A stretch of 29,066 bases of DNA from a virus (Duplodnaviria > Caudoviricetes): positions 1-29,066 of the IMG/VR virus record IMGVR_UViG_3300033407_000095; one strand, 5' to 3'. Both the position numbers and the translations under genes were made by a program. Below, piece by piece: positions 25,639-29,066 of the stretch (its first letter is position 1; each line of letters begins with the position of its first letter). The notes beneath the pieces are model-generated. The model saw only the letters and a list, made by a program, of their open reading frames with translations. It did no database searches and was not told the origin of the DNA.

Positions 25639-25926
25639 ATGTCAAAAAAGCGACGCTGGGCTCCCTCTATGTTGTCTAAGTGCGACGTGGAACAGTCCGC
25701 GCCGAGCGCACGTGACCAGCGGGCCGCCCGGTGGCAGAGCGCGACGCCTGCGGGTCCAGCGCGCAGTCTGAACCCCCGCGAGATTGCGCGGCTCGGGTAC
25801 ACGCCGCCTGCCCATTGGAACCCCGACGCGCCCGTGACGTTCCTAGGCGACTTCCCGAAGGACCATCCCGGCCCGGGCGTGCTCTCGAAGGGGATGCGCT
25901 GGCCTCAGCGTCGCCGGAAGCGCTGA
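25639..25926 (+). CDS. Basic hypothetical protein, 95 aa
   Basis: Follows an AT-rich stretch containing TATACT (25621-25626); ends at the large hairpin; no motif recognised. Confidence 0.45.
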   Translation: MSKKRRWAPSMLSKCDVEQSAPSARDQRAARWQSATPAGPARSLNPREIARLGYTPPAHWNPDAPVTFLGDFPKDHPGPGVLSKGMRWPQRRRKR

Positions 25927-25975
25927 CCGCCCTCGTGCGAGCCCCCGTGAGGGCCCGAGGCGAGAGGGGTCAGCG
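25921..25975. terminator. Hairpin between convergent genes, candidate terminator
   Basis: CGCTGACC (25921-28) / GGTCAGCG (25968-75) enclosing CCTCG/CGAGG and GCCC/GGGC stems; no U-tract. Confidence 0.4.
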
Positions 25976-26536
25976 GGGGACGGGCGCGGGGGCCGCATCC
26001 ACGAAATTCGCGGGGTCCTCGTACGCATCCTCGAGGAACACCTGCAGATCCTCCTCGGTGATGTCCTCGTATCGGCCACCGCGCTCCATGTACCAGGCAC
26101 GGACCACCTCCTCGCGCACGTCCTGGACCCCGCATCGGTTGTTGATCCAGGTGACCAGTTCGGGGAACGTGGTCAGGCCAGCGGGCGTGCCGGTCGCGAA
26201 GGTCTCGTCAAGCGCGGCGTTCGCCACCCCGGCATAATCCTCAAGATCGACGTTGCCGGCCTTGCTCAGGGCGGCCTCGACAGCGTCTGTCCCGTATCGC
26301 ACCCGGAGCGCATGCACCCTGTCCTCGAGCTCCTGCTCGGCGGAGAGGACACCGTGCCACCAATCATAGGTCTCCTGGCTGCACAGGTAGCCGTCGCGAT
26401 CCTCGTCGTAGGCAAACTGGCCGTCGGCCAGGGCTCCGTGGTTGCCGATGAAATCGCGCACGTAATCGACCCCGCTGCGGGGGTCCACCAGGGCCAGGGT
26501 CTGCTCGATGTCCGTCTCTTTGATGATGATTTTCAT
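25970..26536 (-). CDS. Strongly acidic orphan protein, 188 aa; candidate anti-defence protein
   Basis: Strong RBS (AAAGGGAGA), own promoter; about 39 Asp/Glu versus 15 Lys/Arg by manual count. Confidence 0.85.
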   Translation of the reverse strand: MKIIIKETDIEQTLALVDPRSGVDYVRDFIGNHGALADGQFAYDEDRDGYLCSQETYDWWHGVLSAEQELEDRVHALRVRYGTDAVEAALSKAGNVDLEDYAGVANAALDETFATGTPAGLTTFPELVTWINNRCGVQDVREEVVRAWYMERGGRYEDITEEDLQVFLEDAYEDPANFVDAAPAPVPR

Positions 26537-26582
26537 GATGTCTATCTCCCTTTCTCGGCCGCTCCCGCGACCTGATGATTTC

Positions 26583-26653
26583 GTTGTACCGCGATATTAT
26601 CGCCAGGTCAAAGAAAAAATTACCTGGCCTAATCTTTTTTCTCATGCCATTGT
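26583..26653. promoter_or_regulatory. Divergent promoter region with palindromic operators
   Basis: Minus strand TTGACC (26611-06), 17 nt, TACAAC (26588-83); plus strand TGGCCT (26625-30), 17 nt, CATTGT (26648-53); palindrome GCGATA-T-TATCGC 26591-26603; inverted repeat GCCAGGT/ACCTGGC 26602-08/26622-28. Confidence 0.65.
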
Positions 26654-26659
26654 TGACGC

Positions 26660-26878
26660 ATGGATAAAAAGAACGGGCGCCGCCCTGGGCGTCCGCGGGG
26701 AGATCCCCGTCAGGTGCACAGGCAGCGCCACATTGCTGTCTGCGACGAACTCTGGGACCGCGTGGAGGCGCTCAGCGTGGCCCGTGGCTGCAGCGTGAGC
26801 GAGCTGGTCCGCCTGGCGCTCGAGGCCCAGCTACGGGCCCCTGACCGCCCCGTGGGTCGCCTGCACGTGCCCAGCTAA
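26660..26878 (+). CDS. Ribbon-helix-helix (CopG/Arc-like) transcriptional regulator, 72 aa
   Basis: RHIAVCDELWDRVEALSVARGCSVSELVRLAL fits the RHH strand-helix-G-x-S-helix pattern; N-terminal RPGRPR AT-hook-like motif. Confidence 0.8.
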   Translation: MDKKNGRRPGRPRGDPRQVHRQRHIAVCDELWDRVEALSVARGCSVSELVRLALEAQLRAPDRPVGRLHVPS

Positions 26879-26909
26879 TCGCGGCTGCCGGGTCGGAGCT
26901 GCAATAGGC

Positions 26910-27065
26910 GCCGTTTGGGAACTTTCCGCCGCGGGATTTCCGAAAACCACCCCCTGGGGCCAAAAACACGGGGACCCCTATACGGCCCGTGATCGGGATT
27001 CAAATTTTTTCGGGAATTTTGGGGATTTCCGTTTTCGACGAAGACCCCCCGGGCTCCAAATTCTG
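26910..27065. repeat. Non-coding segment with repeated GGGA(A)TT motifs and A/T tracts
   Basis: Exact GGGATTTCCG at 26933 and 27022; variants at 26917, 26995, 27012; several A4-5/T4-6 runs; lies between convergent genes. Confidence 0.5.
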
Positions 27066-27162
27066 GCCCTTACGCGCCACCTGGCACCCCACGCTACACC
27101 ACGGCCGATACGCGATTCGGTCGTCGTAATTCGTGTACTCCCTCCCACACTCGGGACACACA

Positions 27163-27588
27163 TCAACGAAGGCGGCCATCGGTCACCATCGCATCCATCG
27201 CCGTCCCCCGCAACGCCTCCCTGCAAGCCCGACACACGCCCCCGAAGCACCGTCCGCCCTCTCCCCATAGCTCTAGCCGCGCGTGTCCGGGGTCGCCATG
27301 GGCAGCGTGCAGGAGCTCATGCACCAGGCTGGTGTCGCTCCATCGCCACCCGGGCCACACCAGAAGCGTCACCCCCCTGTCCCCGTTGATCTGCCCAAGC
27401 CAGCAGCCGGTCTCTGGTGTCGTGTCGTAGAGGCACTGGCCCACGGGCCGGCGCTCAAGGTGGATAGGCGGCGACTCGCCCTCGAGCCCCACGCACGCGG
27501 CTGCGTAGTCGACGGCGGTCGTGGGCTCCCACGCGCCCGGGGGTGGCGCGCAGGCGAGGAGGGTGAGGGCGAGCGCCGCGCGGGTCAC
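27163..27588 (-). CDS. Predicted lipoprotein with HExxH zinc-metallopeptidase motif, 141 aa
   Basis: GTG 27588 with GGAG RBS; MTRAALALTLLA-C lipobox; TSLVHELLHAAHGDPGH; six further Cys. Confidence 0.7.
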   Translation of the reverse strand: MTRAALALTLLACAPPPGAWEPTTAVDYAAACVGLEGESPPIHLERRPVGQCLYDTTPETGCWLGQINGDRGVTLLVWPGWRWSDTSLVHELLHAAHGDPGHARLELWGEGGRCFGGVCRACREALRGTAMDAMVTDGRLR

Positions 27589-27589
27589 G

Positions 27590-27811
27590 CTACTCCGCCC
27601 TCCCCAGCGCCTTCTTGAGCAGCGCCACCTCGCCACTGAGTCTGGCTATCTCGGCTTCCTTCTCGCCCAGTTTTTTCTCCCACCCCGCGCGGGTCTTCTC
27701 GATTCGCTGCTCCTCGGTCAGCCGCGTGCGGGTCTTTTTCTCCTGCGTGTCGCCTGTCGCCTCGGCCTTCGCGACGTCGCGGTAACCTTGAAAATCCTCG
27801 TTTATGCTCAT
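27590..27811 (-). CDS. Small coiled-coil protein, 73 aa
   Basis: ATGA overlap with RBS GAGAGGA; heptad C-terminus. Confidence 0.7.
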   Translation of the reverse strand: MSINEDFQGYRDVAKAEATGDTQEKKTRTRLTEEQRIEKTRAGWEKKLGEKEAEIARLSGEVALLKKALGRAE

Positions 27812-28026
27812 GACAATTTCCTCTCCCTGTTCTGCTGTTGTCGGTCCTCATACGCCCGCGCCATCTCCTGCGCGCACGCTGCAAACTCCGTCGACGTGAA
27901 TCCCAGTCGCCGCATCGCCTGCCACGCGGCCATCAGCAGCGCGTTCGCCAACTCCGCCTTGCACGACAGCGGCCGCAGCTTGTCGATCGCGGCCTCGACG
28001 GCGGCGTACACGAGGCTCTGGTTCAT
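27808..28026 (-). CDS. Hypothetical protein, 72 aa (MNQSLVYAAVE...)
   Basis: ATG 28026 in TGATG overlap; RBS GAGGAG. Confidence 0.7.
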   Translation of the reverse strand: MNQSLVYAAVEAAIDKLRPLSCKAELANALLMAAWQAMRRLGFTSTEFAACAQEMARAYEDRQQQNRERKLS

Positions 28027-28199
28027 CACTCGCTCCTCTCCGCCGCTTCTTCGGCGGCAGCTAAATCCCTGGTCAGCGCGCGATACGCGGCCAGCACATC
28101 GTTGCTCAGGTGCTCGCCGCGTAGGTGCTGGCGAATCACCTCCCAGTTGACGGCCGCGCTTCGTATGGCGTCGAGTGCCGACGGCCGCTTGCGCCTCAT
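28026..28199 (-). CDS. Hypothetical protein, 57 aa (MRRKRPSALD...)
   Basis: ATG 28199 in ATGA overlap; RBS GGAG. Confidence 0.6.
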   Translation of the reverse strand: MRRKRPSALDAIRSAAVNWEVIRQHLRGEHLSNDVLAAYRALTRDLAAAEEAAERSE

Positions 28200-28432
28200 C
28201 GCTTTCTCCGTGGCGTGCGCTCGAACGGAATCTCGCTCTTTCGGAGTGGACCGAACTCGGTGTTTGCGACGTACGAGTACGCGATTCCGCCGGGCCCAAC
28301 GTCGATGCACCATTCGCGTTCCTGCTCCACCTGTTCCAGCGTTTGAAACTGGATTCCCCGAATAAACGAACCAGAGAAGCCCGGCACGTAGAACGGATGC
28401 GTCAGCAGCTCGGGGTATGGAATCTTCTTCAT
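28196..28432 (-). CDS. Hypothetical protein, 78 aa
   Basis: ATGA coupling on both sides; RBS GGAGG. Confidence 0.7.
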   Translation of the reverse strand: MKKIPYPELLTHPFYVPGFSGSFIRGIQFQTLEQVEQEREWCIDVGPGGIAYSYVANTEFGPLRKSEIPFERTPRRKR

Positions 28433-28755
28433 CGAATCCTCCCTGCCGCGCGCATCTCGGCCTCCAGCGACGCCCTCTCCTCGGGCGTGAAGATCTTCAC
28501 CGGGTGCAGCGGCTCCAGCGCGCGTCTCAGTTCGCTTGCCTTCTTTTCCTGGTAGCGCTTGATGCGGATAGCATGCATGGCGCCGCCGCCCACCTCACCC
28601 GTGCACTTAGTGCACACCAGGTTGTCACCGTTGAAGCAATTGGTATACGACAGCAGCCCGCAGCTCTGGCAGCGACGACGCCCCCGCTTGTCGGCGCGGC
28701 CGCCTGCGAAGCAGAACTCGTTGCCCAAGCTCTTATCGTCGCGATCTACTATCAT
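28429..28755 (-). CDS. Zn-finger-like hypothetical protein, 108 aa
   Basis: ATG 28755 in TGATG overlap, RBS AAGGAG; CQSC...CTKC. Confidence 0.7.
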   Translation of the reverse strand: MIVDRDDKSLGNEFCFAGGRADKRGRRRCQSCGLLSYTNCFNGDNLVCTKCTGEVGGGAMHAIRIKRYQEKKASELRRALEPLHPVKIFTPEERASLEAEMRAAGRIR

Positions 28756-28931
28756 CACTTCTCCTTTCGAACCTCAGTCACGTCGTCGCTGCTAATTGGC
28801 GGATGCAGCGTGCGCCGGCAGTCGACGCAGATATACGGAAGACGCTTCTCCATTCCATCCGGATAAATCTTCACGTCCACCTTGGTCGCGGGAGCGGGCG
28901 AACATAAATAACAAGCGATGTCCACTCTCAC
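28755..28931 (-). CDS. Zn-finger micro-protein, 58 aa (MRVDIACYLCSPAPATKVDVKIYPDGMEKRLPYICVDCRRTLHPPISSDDVTEVRKEK)
   Basis: Translated by hand, below the ORF-track cutoff; GTGA and TGATG coupling; CxxC...CxxC. Confidence 0.65.
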   Translation of the reverse strand: MRVDIACYLCSPAPATKVDVKIYPDGMEKRLPYICVDCRRTLHPPISSDDVTEVRKEK

Positions 28932-29035
28932 CGCCTACCCCCCAGCCGCCACAGCAGATGCGCGAGTAGCCACACGATGGCGCCGAAATACACCAGTGCG
29001 CCGAATGCGTAGGCCCACCACTGCGCGCGCCTCAT
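28928..29035 (-). CDS. Single-transmembrane micro-protein, 35 aa (MRRAQWWAYAFGALVYFGAIVWLLAHLLWRLGGRR)
   Basis: Translated by hand; ATGA start overlap and GTGA stop overlap; one hydrophobic helix flanked by Arg. Confidence 0.6.
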   Translation of the reverse strand: MRRAQWWAYAFGALVYFGAIVWLLAHLLWRLGGRR

Positions 29036-29058
29036 GGCCGCACCTTCATGGCCGCACC
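29032..29058. repeat. Tandem 13-bp direct repeat TCATGGCCGCACC (period 14)
   Basis: Identical copies at 29032-29044 and 29046-29058. Confidence 0.85.
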
Positions 29059-29066
29059 ATTCGTGG

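Larger units (their letters stand above)
1..29066. mobile_element. Tailed phage or prophage segment, podovirus-like morphogenesis module plus accessory/early region
   Basis: Terminase, portal, capsid, gp4-like and gp10-like genes and a tailspike in canonical order; dense coupled small ORFs; no host genes or att junction recognisable, so free phage and prophage cannot be distinguished. Confidence 0.95.

Noticed and set aside
25544-25645. attP site next to the excisionase-like gene
   Set aside because: No integrase, no recognisable arm-type repeats and no tRNA-like core in the window; unsupported from this sequence alone
26910-27065. Possible CRISPR mini-array
   Set aside because: Repeats are only 7-10 bp, irregularly spaced, with no constant spacer length and no cas genes
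27040-27110. Minus-strand CGGCCGTGGTGTAGCGTGG resembling a tRNA 5' end
   Set aside because: No complementary D-stem, no GTTCRA T-loop and no acceptor-stem partner; cannot be folded into a cloverleaf

Overview
The whole window is one contiguous stretch of a high-GC tailed phage or prophage, with no host housekeeping genes visible. About 19.8 kb (1-19826, minus strand, mostly translationally coupled through ATGA/TGATG/TAATG/GTGA overlaps) is a podovirus-type packaging and virion module. In transcription order it holds a terminase large subunit, portal, small protein, GroES-like co-chaperonin, scaffold, small protein, cement-like protein, Mu gpT-like major capsid protein, two paralogous beta-helix proteins, a small CxxC protein, a P22 gp4-like adaptor, a beta-helix tailspike, a P22 gp10-like hub/nozzle, four probable ejection proteins and further virion genes. 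The remaining 9 kb is an accessory/early region of small ORFs: three lipoproteins, two HExxH zincin-like proteins, many Zn-finger micro-proteins, an excisionase-like HTH, a ribbon-helix-helix regulator and a candidate terminase small subunit. The most interesting signals are: (i) a self-contained cassette at about 25920-26880, where a very acidic orphan protein sits behind a near-consensus sigma70 promoter with palindromic operators and a GNRA leader hairpin, divergent from an RHH gene (anti-CRISPR/anti-defence-like layout); (ii) a multi-stem 194-nt non-coding leader that would occlude the ribosome-binding site ahead of the capsid genes; (iii) an ejection protein built of 17-mer and 18-mer helical repeats; (iv) phage-borne Cys-rich lipoproteins; (v) a repeat-rich non-coding segment at about 26880-27160. 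All product calls come from motif recognition and synteny by eye; no database searches were run.
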